A stretch of DNA of 64,000 bases, from the NCBI GenBank assembly GCA_011772425.1, contig WVZO01000393.1:1615-65614 (forward strand). The letters are read 5' to 3'. Source of the DNA: Candidatus Aminicenantes bacterium (GTDB lineage: Bacteria > Acidobacteriota > Aminicenantia > UBA2199). Both the position numbers and the translations under genes were made by a program. The notes under the pieces are model-generated. The model searched no databases. It was not told the origin of the DNA and worked only from the letters and a program-made list of their open reading frames with translations. This document shows positions 45,954 to 54,482 of the stretch, piece by piece (the first letter of the stretch is position 1; the number at the start of each line of letters is the position of its first letter).

Positions 45954-46508
45954 TTGAAAAATATGAACTTTAAAGAGTATTATGATAAAGCCATGAATTA
46001 TGAAGATTATGTCTCCTTATTGGGAGAAAACTTTAAGATGCATCAAGTGCACTGCAAGAGGTTTGAGAAAGATATTACCGAGGAAGAAGAAAAATATATA
46101 AAAACGGTTAAGCCGGTGAACATATTGGTATTGACAGAACCCTGGTGTGGGGATTCGTTGGCGGTTCTACCGGTGGTGAGGAATATAGCGGAAATCAATG
46201 GTTCCTGGTCCATGAAGGTGTTGCGGCGGGATGAGAACCTGGATTTAATGGACCGGTTTTTGACTCGCGGCGGCCGTGCCGTGCCCTTGTTTTTCTTTTT
46301 AGCGGACAATTATTCGCTGATATTTAAATGGGGGCCGCGGCCAAAGGCGGCGCAGGATATTTTTGAAGCACACCGCCAGCAGCTCCAAGAAGGAACAATC
46401 GAAAAGATGGAAGTGGTCAAAAAAATCCGCAACTTTTATTCCAAAAACCACGGCAAAGCCATTCTCACCGAATTGATGTCAGCTTTGAAAGAAAATCACC
46501 TCATCTAA
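45954..46508 (+). CDS. Thioredoxin-fold family protein
   Basis: LVLTEPWCGDSLAVLPV is a WCxD-type thioredoxin-like motif. The track start is TTG 45954; the in-frame ATG 45963 is equally plausible. Confidence 0.7.
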   Translation: MKNMNFKEYYDKAMNYEDYVSLLGENFKMHQVHCKRFEKDITEEEEKYIKTVKPVNILVLTEPWCGDSLAVLPVVRNIAEINGSWSMKVLRRDENLDLMDRFLTRGGRAVPLFFFLADNYSLIFKWGPRPKAAQDIFEAHRQQLQEGTIEKMEVVKKIRNFYSKNHGKAILTELMSALKENHLI

Positions 46509-46512
46509 TTTT

Positions 46513-47238
46513 TTATTCTTTATGCTCTTTATATGCGTGAAGAAGCGTGTTATTGATAATTCTTACGATTTGTTCGGTTTCGTCGTGGATAAAAAAGTGT
46601 TCTCCTGCAAAATAATAGATGGTACAGACTTTATTGGTATGTTCTCTCCAGCCGTGCATTTGTTCGGCATTCACTTCTTCTTCTTTACCGATGAAGACCG
46701 TAATATCATAATCTAATGGTTTTATTTCGCCGTTATGTTCGTAGGTTTCAGCGATTTTAAAATCGCTTCTCAGCATGGGCAGGAGGACTTCCAGTAATTC
46801 CAGGTGATCAAAGAATTCTTTGGGAGTACCCCCCAATTCGATGATTTTTTCCCTGAATTCGTCTTCAGGCAGGAGGTGGTACATCTCATCATCTTCGCAG
46901 GGGATATTGGGTGCTCCCCGTCCTGAGAAAAATATATGAAGGGGCTCGGGCAGGTTATTATCTCTTATTTTATAGGCCAGTTCATAGGCAATGATTCCGC
47001 CCATACTGTGGCCGTAAAAGGCATAAGGGCCTTTAGCCAATTCCTCGGAAATCAGGTTGAATACGTCGTCTACGGCTTCTTCTATTGAATTGTACGGCGG
47101 GTCGTAGATGCGTTTTCCCCTGCCTGCCAATTCCACGGCCCGCAGATCGATATATTTGTCCAGGTACTGGCGCCATTTATTAAAAGCAGCCGCAGCACCA
47201 CCCGCATAAGGAAAACAGAATAGTTTTATTTTTTTCAT
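46513..47238 (-). CDS. Type II thioesterase (alpha/beta hydrolase, NRPS/PKS-editing type)
   Basis: The N-terminus is KLFCFPYAGGAAAAFNKW. The nucleophile elbow is FYGHSMGG and the C-terminal His region is GEHFF. Confidence 0.8.
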   Translation of the reverse strand: MKKIKLFCFPYAGGAAAAFNKWRQYLDKYIDLRAVELAGRGKRIYDPPYNSIEEAVDDVFNLISEELAKGPYAFYGHSMGGIIAYELAYKIRDNNLPEPLHIFFSGRGAPNIPCEDDEMYHLLPEDEFREKIIELGGTPKEFFDHLELLEVLLPMLRSDFKIAETYEHNGEIKPLDYDITVFIGKEEEVNAEQMHGWREHTNKVCTIYYFAGEHFFIHDETEQIVRIINNTLLHAYKEHKE

Positions 47239-47453
47239 CTTTCAGTCTAGAAGTTGTGAATGTATTGATTTAATGGGGATATTATACCATAATCTCACTA
47301 AAAAATAAAAAAAAGTTGAATTTTGAATTTCTTAATACATAATAAATAGATGAAATTAACAATTAAAATTCAGGTGGGAACAGATGAAAATTTTCAATCC
47401 ACTTACATCCGGGCAGCGTTTTAGAGGAAAAGGCTGTAAAAGCGAGGTCAAAC

Positions 47454-48860
47454 ATGTCTTATGATCCAAGTAAACGAGACGATTATGATTATGGGAAGCG
47501 CATTTACCGGCAGAAGCCTAAAGGCAAACCGCCTTATCTACTTGTTTTTGCCCTGGTAGTGGTGCTTGCCGGTCTTATTTTATTGATTCTACATAAAAAA
47601 TCCATTCAAGAGACCCATGTTCCCGGTTATGATGCTGCCGATTCTCCAGGTCAGAGCAGACCGGCTGTTTCACATGTTGAAAACAGCAGTGAAGATCATG
47701 GAGACAGGAATACACCCGGGGAAACGTTTCCGGGTACGGATCCATATACAGATACGGATAAAGATACGAGTACGGGTTCAGGCACAACCTATCCATCTAT
47801 CGATAAAAGGATATATGGAGATATCAAAAAAAAGATATATGGAGAGACAGATACTCAGACCCAGCCTGGTGAACTGTATGATCGTGCCGAACGGTATTGT
47901 AAGGCAGGGGAATTTGAAAAAGCACTCCCCCTGTTTAAGGAACTGGCGATTACGGATGACAGGATGTCAGTGTTTGTGGGCCTTTGTTATTACGAGATGG
48001 AAGATTACCCGAATGCGCGTTATTACTTGCAAAAAGTATTGACAACCGATGAGAGTAATGCATTGGCCCTGAAATACCTGGCTTTGACTTGCTACAAACT
48101 GGATGACCTGGAAAACAGTTTAAGATATGCGGAGGCCGCATTAGAGATTAAAGGGGACCCTCAACTCCAGGCACTTCACAGCAAACTTCAACGGGAAATC
48201 AAGGCCATGGTCGGCTATGGCAATGCCAAACGGGTCAATTTCACTATTGTCTTCAGCAAATTCAAGCACGGAGAAGCCAGGAATGCCGTCATCGAGATAC
48301 TGGAAGATGCCTACCGCGAAATCGGGCAACAACTGGATACGTTTCCTTCCACGCCAGTATCGGTTATTCTTTACAATGAAAAAAACTTTTCCGATGTCAC
48401 CCGGGCACCTGGTTGGGCCGGGGGTCTTTTCAGTCGTTTAGACGGCAAAATCCGGCTTCCCATCAAAGGAATGAACGTCAATGAACCCCAGTTGAGACGT
48501 ATCCTCTACCACGAATACACCCATGCACTGATACACTCGATCACGCCCCAGTGCCCCAGGTGGCTTCACGAAGGCCTGGCAAAATATTTCTCCCGTGACT
48601 ACAGCCAGGTTAACACCATCGGACAAAAAATCCCACTGAAACTCCTGGACGCAGCACTACTGGCAAGAAACCCAACAGTGGTGCGCATTGCTTACCAGCA
48701 GAGTTATTCTGTTGTCTCGTACCTGGTAGATAGATACAGGCTCTACAGCATAAAAGAACTTTTACAAGAACTTGGCAAAGGTACGAATCTTAATACCGCT
48801 TTTTCCTCGGTTTTTTCTATCTCCTTCAACCAGTTCGCAGAAACATGGGGAAGAGAATAA
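47454..48860 (+). CDS. Membrane-anchored TPR protein with a C-terminal HExxH peptidase-MA-like domain
   Basis: One TM helix is followed by a D/T/G-rich low-complexity linker and TPR units. The metallopeptidase-like motif is ILYHEYTHALIHSITPQCPRWLHEGLAKYF. Confidence 0.75.
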   Translation: MSYDPSKRDDYDYGKRIYRQKPKGKPPYLLVFALVVVLAGLILLILHKKSIQETHVPGYDAADSPGQSRPAVSHVENSSEDHGDRNTPGETFPGTDPYTDTDKDTSTGSGTTYPSIDKRIYGDIKKKIYGETDTQTQPGELYDRAERYCKAGEFEKALPLFKELAITDDRMSVFVGLCYYEMEDYPNARYYLQKVLTTDESNALALKYLALTCYKLDDLENSLRYAEAALEIKGDPQLQALHSKLQREIKAMVGYGNAKRVNFTIVFSKFKHGEARNAVIEILEDAYREIGQQLDTFPSTPVSVILYNEKNFSDVTRAPGWAGGLFSRLDGKIRLPIKGMNVNEPQLRRILYHEYTHALIHSITPQCPRWLHEGLAKYFSRDYSQVNTIGQKIPLKLLDAALLARNPTVVRIAYQQSYSVVSYLVDRYRLYSIKELLQELGKGTNLNTAFSSVFSISFNQFAETWGRE

Positions 48861-48936
48861 GAGAGCTCAGTAGGTCAAACGGTCAGAGTACAGACATTTA
48901 GAATATCCAAAATATAAAACAAAAAATGATGGATGA

Positions 48937-48965
48937 TTGATATTTAGCAATTAACGTGATATAAC
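48937..48965 (+). promoter_or_regulatory. Sigma70-type promoter (TTGATA-N17-TATAAC) upstream of the MNT-HEPN pair
   Basis: TTGATA lies at 48937-48942 and TATAAC at 48960-48965. AAGGAA precedes the ATG at 48990. Confidence 0.45.
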
Positions 48966-48989
48966 ATATTAATAAAGGAAAAAAGAAAC

Positions 48990-49310
48990 ATGACGTATGA
49001 TAGAAAGATAATGATTGAATTAAAAGCTTTGTTGAAGCAAAGATTTTCAGAAGAAATAGAAAAAGTGATTTTATACGGTTCCAGGGTAATTGGGGATGCG
49101 GATGAATATTCGGATTATGATATACTGATCGTATTGAAACATGATTATGACTGGCAGTATAAATACCTAATCCAGGATGTGTGCTGGGAAATCGATTATA
49201 AATACGATGTCTTAACCGATGTTAAAATTATTTCGTTGAAAGAGCTTCATTCACTCAGAGGCAAACAACCTTATATTCAAAATGCGCTGGAAAACGGAGT
49301 TTTAATATGA
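48990..49310 (+). CDS. Minimal nucleotidyltransferase (MNT) antitoxin-type protein
   Basis: The motif LYGSRVIGDADEYSDYDILIV fits the pattern GSxxxGxxxxxSDxD. Confidence 0.85.
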   Translation: MTYDRKIMIELKALLKQRFSEEIEKVILYGSRVIGDADEYSDYDILIVLKHDYDWQYKYLIQDVCWEIDYKYDVLTDVKIISLKELHSLRGKQPYIQNALENGVLI

Positions 49311-49762
49311 CATTATCTGAAGAAGACAGAGAACAACTGATAAAATATCATATTGAGAAAAGTCAACAGGCTGTCGATGATGTTAAATTTTTAATAGAAA
49401 ACAAAAAGCTGTACCTTGCTGCCAATAGAATTTATTATGGAATTTTTTATATTTTGTCAGCACTTGCTCTCAAACATAATTTTTCCACCAGGAACCATGG
49501 GCAACTAATTGGATGGTTTAACAAAAATTTTATAAAAACCGGTATCGTTGATAAGAAATACAGCGGCATTGCCAGAAACTCTTTTGAATTAAGGTCGGAA
49601 GCGGATTATGATGTGTTAACCAGTTTCACGAAAGAGGAAATAAAAAAATCTTACGATAATATGAAAGATTTTATATCTGTGATAAAAAAGTTGCTGGAAG
49701 ACAGGAACAGTGCCAATGAAGACAAAAGAAAGGACGAGAAAGCTGGGAATTCAAAAATTTAA
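49307..49762 (+). CDS. HEPN-domain protein (toxin-type partner of MNT)
   Basis: An ATGA start/stop overlap links it to the MNT gene. The helical HEPN pattern includes ANRIYYGIFY and ELRSEADYD. Confidence 0.8.
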   Translation: MTLSEEDREQLIKYHIEKSQQAVDDVKFLIENKKLYLAANRIYYGIFYILSALALKHNFSTRNHGQLIGWFNKNFIKTGIVDKKYSGIARNSFELRSEADYDVLTSFTKEEIKKSYDNMKDFISVIKKLLEDRNSANEDKRKDEKAGNSKI

Positions 49763-49817
49763 AATCTTTTTCTCCTCTCCGTTTCTCCGTTTCTTCTCTT
49801 CCCGCTGACTCACTGAC

Positions 49818-51997
49818 TCACTGATCTACTGAACTTCCGACCTTCTCAGCTAACTTCTCTTGTGCCATCTCCAGATTTTCCCGGACGGTTTTGGTATGCG
49901 GATGATCTTTCCCCAGGAATTTTTCGCAAATAGGAAGGGCTTTTTTTGCATATTCAATTGCTTTCTTGTATTTACCTATTGAAAAATAAACACCTGCCAG
50001 GTTGTTCCAAATGGTGGCTACATATGGATGTGTTTCTCCAAATACTTCAATCTCTATATCCAGTGCCTTTTGATAGTATTGGATTGCCGTTTCATACCTG
50101 CCCAATGCCTGATACGCCCCACCCATGTTGTTCCAAACTGTGGCAACATGGGGGTGAGACGCACCATAAATTTTAATATCGATATCCAAGGACTTTTCAT
50201 AGTATTGGATGGCCGTTTTATACCGGCCCATTGAATCATACGCACTCCCCAGGTTGCTCCAACTAGTGGCAACTGATGGATGTTCTTCTCCATATATTTT
50301 AATTCCTAAATCCAGCGCTTTTTTATGATATTGGATGGACGTTTCATACTGGCCCATTGAATGATACACACTCCCCAAATTGTTCCAACTGGTGGTAACT
50401 GATTGATGTTCTTCTCCATATATTTTAATTCTTAAATCCAGCGCTTTTTTATGATATTGGATGGACGTTTCATACTGGCCCAATGCCTGATATGCACTCC
50501 CCAGGTTGTTCCAACTTTGGGCAACATCCGGATGGGATTCGACATAAATCTTAATTCTCACATCCAGCGCTTTTTTATGGTATTGGATACCTGATACGCA
50601 CCCCCCAGGTTGTTCCAACTAGTGGCAACTAATGGATGTTCTTCTCCATATATTTTAATTTTTAAATCCAGCGCTTTTTTATGATATTGGATGGCCGTTT
50701 CATACTGGCCCATTGAATGATACACACTCCCCAGGCTGTTCCAACCGGTGGCAACATGGGGATGTACTTCTCCATATACTTTAATAAACGTTTCCATGGC
50801 CTTTTGACAATATTGGATGGCTGTTTCATACCGACCCAATTCCATGTTAGCTTCCCCCAGGTTGTTCCAACTGGTGGCAACATAGGGATGAGTTTTCCCA
50901 AATACTTTAATCACTATATCCAGTGCCTTTTGATAGTATTGGATGGCCGTTTCATACTGGCCCAATGCCTGATACACACTCCCCAGATTGTTCCAACTGG
51001 TGGCAACATCCTCGTGCGATTCACCATAAATTTTAATTCTCACATCCAGCGCTTTTTTATGGTATTGGATGGCTGTTTCATACCGACCCAATTCCATGTT
51101 AGCTACCCCCAGGTTGTTCCAACTGGTGGCAACATAGGGATGAGTTTTCCCAAATACTTTAATCTCTATATCTAGTGCCTTTTTATGGTATTGAATGGCC
51201 GTTTCATAATGACCCAGTGAATCATACGCACTCCCCAGGTTGTTCCAACTGGTTGCGACATGGGAATCATCTTCTCCATAGGATTTTACATTCAACTCAA
51301 GAGATTTATCAAAAAATTCCCTCGCAAGCTGATAGTTTCCAAGCCAACAATAACAAACTCCGATTGAATTCTTATATTCCGCATTCCCAGTGTCCAATTG
51401 CTCAGCTTCAAGATAAGACGCCAGGGCATCTTTATATTTCAATTGCAGAAAATATACATTCCCCAGATTATAAGCTGTTTCAGCATATTCTTTTTGCTTC
51501 AACTTCTCTTTTTTTCTCTGTTTTTCAAACAATTCTTTCGCTTTTAAAAAATCACCTTTTCTGTACGCTGCCAACGCTTCTTCCCTTGCCTTCTTATCCC
51601 CTTCTTTTAATTCCTTTAACGCCTTTTCCGTTTCTTCCAGTTTTTTTTCATATTCTTGAATTATTAAGGGATCAGCAATTTTCTTTCTAATCTCCCTTTT
51701 AAGGTCTTCCAAATCTCTGGAATCCTTTTGACCGGGCCAAAGGACCAAAATAAGGGCAACAATGCTTGTGATTGAACCCAAAATAGTGAGAACCGCGGTA
51801 ATCTTTTTCCGCTTCTTCTTTGGTTTCTCCGGCTGAATCCCCAGGGCGGCCTCGATTTCTTCTGGCGTTCGATTATCAATGATCAACGCCTTTAATTCAT
51901 CTTTTTTTAAACCGGCAAAATTTTCAAGATTTAATTTTCCGGCCAGTGTCTGTAACTCATATTTCTTCAGCTTTTTAAGCCGTTCCTGGTAATCCAT
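49818..51997 (-). pseudogene. Rho_N/SAP-like-TM-coiled-coil-TPR(x~14) gene split into two overlapping ORFs by a net 22-bp deletion in one repeat
   Basis: ORFs 50558..51997 and 49818..50618 carry the same 42-aa TPR unit (SWNNLGxxYxxxGxYETAIQYHKKALDxxIKxxGExHPxVAT). At 50581-50595 the unit reads attggat-a-cctgatacgca, where neighbours read attggatggacgtttcatactggcccaatgcctgatatgca. Confidence 0.7.
49880..51290. repeat. 126-bp tandem coding repeats (TPR units) with high nucleotide identity
   Basis: The string tccagcgcttttttatg(g/a)tattggatgg(c/a)cgtttcata recurs every 126 bp. The antisense track ORFs in this span are periodicity artefacts. Confidence 0.85.
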
Positions 51998-52159
51998 ATT
52001 TCCATCCTTTTTGTATTGTAAACAAAGGAGAAGATTTTGTCAAGAGAAATCTCGGAAGGACATAAAGTCAGAGGACAGACGGTCATAGGGTGGAATTTGG
52101 GGACAGTTAAGAAGTCCTATACGGAAATATTGCCTTTTTTCAGGTTCCAGTTTTGAGGT

Positions 52160-52465
52160 TTATGAAAGGCTGATTATTTCATCCACGGTAAGACCGGTTA
52201 CACGGGATATGGTTTCAGGATTCATACCTTCTTTCAGCATGATAAGGGCGATGGTTCGCTTCTCATTAAATTTTCCTTCATCAAAACCGATCTTTTTCCC
52301 TTCATCCAGACCGATTTTTTTCCCTTCATCCAGACCGATTTTTTTTCCTTCATCCAGGCCGATTTTTTTCCCTTCTTCCAGGGCATACTCTATCCGTCCC
52401 CGTTCGTCCTGGATATATATTCCCCTGGCATCATAAGCATCCAGTTCTTCTTTGGTCCAGCTCAT
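52160..52465 (-). pseudogene. C-terminal remnant of an Rpn/YhgA-type (PD-(D/E)XK 'transposase') protein
   Basis: EELDAYDARGIYIQDERGRIEYA, then (EGKKIGLD)x4, then TIALIMLKEGMNPETISRVTGLTVDEIISL matches the family's C-terminal tail. The nuclease domain is absent: only 45 nt separate this ORF from the next gene. Confidence 0.5.
52287..52382. repeat. 24-bp tandem repeat x4 inside the Rpn-like remnant
   Basis: The units are ccgatctttttcccttcatccaga / ccgatttttttcccttcatccaga / ccgattttttttccttcatccagg / ccgatttttttcccttcttccagg. Confidence 0.9.
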
Positions 52466-52510
52466 TTAATCAAACATTTGCTGCTGTTAAAAGCTCAATT
52501 GGCGGTTTAA

Positions 52511-53533
52511 CTACTTAGTGGCGTCATTTCTGTGCAGTTCCCAGACCTCTTCGTCTTCGTTTTCTACCAGGGTGTAAAAGGCCCGGTTATAAAAATCATA
52601 TTTGGGGTAATAATCCATTCCCCACATATCCGGGACATAGACAAAAACTCTCTTTAGTTCATTTCCTTTCAAATCCATGATAATGCATTCGCTGTTGCCT
52701 TCTTGTTTTTTATAGGTCAATACATAAATCCTGTCGTCCGTTACATCCATATCCCGAATGGCAGGATAATGGGTTTTAAAGGAGATTCGATTCTTAAAAA
52801 ATTCCCAGGCCTGCTTATAAAAAGAATTTGATTTAAACCAGTCCAGGGTTTTCTTTTTGTAATCTTCAGGTACTTTCAATGGTTTATAATCTTTCTTAAT
52901 TCTGTACAATTTCGTTCCCTCCTTATCAAACACATCGATAACAAAACCTTCTTTCCCGGCAACGATATAAATCCTGTCTTTGTAAGGAGGAAAATTGAAT
53001 GAGTTGAAAGGAAATTCCATCATAAATGAAGCCCCAATTTGCATATCCGAGACATAAAGTTCTTTTACTTTTTCAAACCTTTCATTATATAAATTAACCG
53101 ATAATAGAGTCTTGTTTTTATCATCGGCAGTGGTTCCGGTAGCTAAATATTTATCCAGGAAGGGTATAAAAACCGTAAAGGGCATTACCTTTGATTCTTT
53201 GATAAATTTACCATCTTTGGTAAAAACAGAAAGTTTTGTATCACTGCTGACGTAAATCTTATCGTTATAAGGCATTGCCACCATCGGGGGACCGAACGGA
53301 TTAATTTTGAATTCCCGGGGGCCTTCGCCTTCTTTTCCGAATTTTTTAATCAGCCGGAAATCCTCCAGCGAATAGATATAAATGGTCGCCCTTTCGGTAA
53401 TATAGATGCGATTATTTCCTATATCTATCATATCCGGCCTCATCAATCCTTCCAACACTGCAATCTTTTTAGCCTGGATGAAAGGCCCCAATAACAATAA
53501 AATCATAAAGACACAAACGCAATTTTTTTTCAT
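52511..53533 (-). CDS. Secreted 6-bladed beta-propeller protein (BF3164-like family)
   Basis: A signal peptide (MKKNCVCVFMILLLLGPFIQA) is followed by repeated hydrophobic-D-x-x-x-IYV/L blade patterns (NRIYITE, DKIYVSS, DRIYIVA, DRIYVLT). Confidence 0.65.
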   Translation of the reverse strand: MKKNCVCVFMILLLLGPFIQAKKIAVLEGLMRPDMIDIGNNRIYITERATIYIYSLEDFRLIKKFGKEGEGPREFKINPFGPPMVAMPYNDKIYVSSDTKLSVFTKDGKFIKESKVMPFTVFIPFLDKYLATGTTADDKNKTLLSVNLYNERFEKVKELYVSDMQIGASFMMEFPFNSFNFPPYKDRIYIVAGKEGFVIDVFDKEGTKLYRIKKDYKPLKVPEDYKKKTLDWFKSNSFYKQAWEFFKNRISFKTHYPAIRDMDVTDDRIYVLTYKKQEGNSECIIMDLKGNELKRVFVYVPDMWGMDYYPKYDFYNRAFYTLVENEDEEVWELHRNDATK

Positions 53534-54420
53534 TTTATCCCTCCATCGATGTGGACGCCGTCCACTTTATGCTTAATAAATGTACCTTTTTGATATTCTT
53601 CAAACGCCAGTTGCAGTTCCTCTTGCGTATTCATCACAATAGGGCCGTACCAGGCCACCGGTTCTCTTAACGGTTTACCGGATATAAGAAGAAAACGCAC
53701 CAACATCGACGCGTCATCGGCTGTAATTTTTATTTTATCACCATCCGTGAAAATAACCAGATGGTCTTCATCGATGCGCTTTTCCTTGACTTCATCAAAA
53801 TAGCCGGCCCCGGCAAGCACATAAGCAAATGCCGTATAGCCTTTGCTTATGGGATATTCGCATTCTGCCCCGGAAGGAACCGTTACATCCAGGTATTGGA
53901 TATCGACAACGATATCGCGGACCGGTCCCCGCGTGCCTTCGACTTCCCCGGAAATGATCTTGATTTTAATACCATTTTTTAGAGAGATTTCCGGGATTTG
54001 CTCATTCTTTACTTCCCGGTACCGGGGGTCCATCATTTTATGAGAGGAAGGCAGATTGACCCATAACTGGAGACCCCGAAGCAGGCCGTTGGTTTGCTGC
54101 GGCATTTCCGAATGGACGATACCGCTGCCGGCGGTCATCCATTGGACGTCACCGGGCTCGATAACGCCGCCATTGCCAAGACTGTCTTCATGTTTAACGT
54201 TTCCATGGAGCATATAAGTGACCGTCTCGATCCCGCGGTGGGGATGCCAGGGAAACCCGGCAATATAATCATCCGGGTTATCGGAATGAAAATCATCCAG
54301 CAGCAAGAAAGGGTCCAATAAATTCACATTGGCATTGCCAAATGCGCGTTTTAAATGGACCCCTGCACCTTCTATGGTGGGTTGACTTTTTAATACCCGT
54401 GAAATTTTTCTATTGTTCAT
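53530..54420 (-). CDS. Pirin-family bicupin
   Basis: The motifs are GFPWHPHRGIETVTYMLHG, GDVQWMTAGSGIVHSE and QLWVNLP. I prefer ATG 54420 (MNNRKI) over the track start at 54486. Confidence 0.88.
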   Translation of the reverse strand: MNNRKISRVLKSQPTIEGAGVHLKRAFGNANVNLLDPFLLLDDFHSDNPDDYIAGFPWHPHRGIETVTYMLHGNVKHEDSLGNGGVIEPGDVQWMTAGSGIVHSEMPQQTNGLLRGLQLWVNLPSSHKMMDPRYREVKNEQIPEISLKNGIKIKIISGEVEGTRGPVRDIVVDIQYLDVTVPSGAECEYPISKGYTAFAYVLAGAGYFDEVKEKRIDEDHLVIFTDGDKIKITADDASMLVRFLLISGKPLREPVAWYGPIVMNTQEELQLAFEEYQKGTFIKHKVDGVHIDGGIK

Positions 54421-54482
54421 AATTATAATCTCCTGTTTTCTTATACTCAAGGGTATTATTATGTATTGCAGATCTATTTTTG

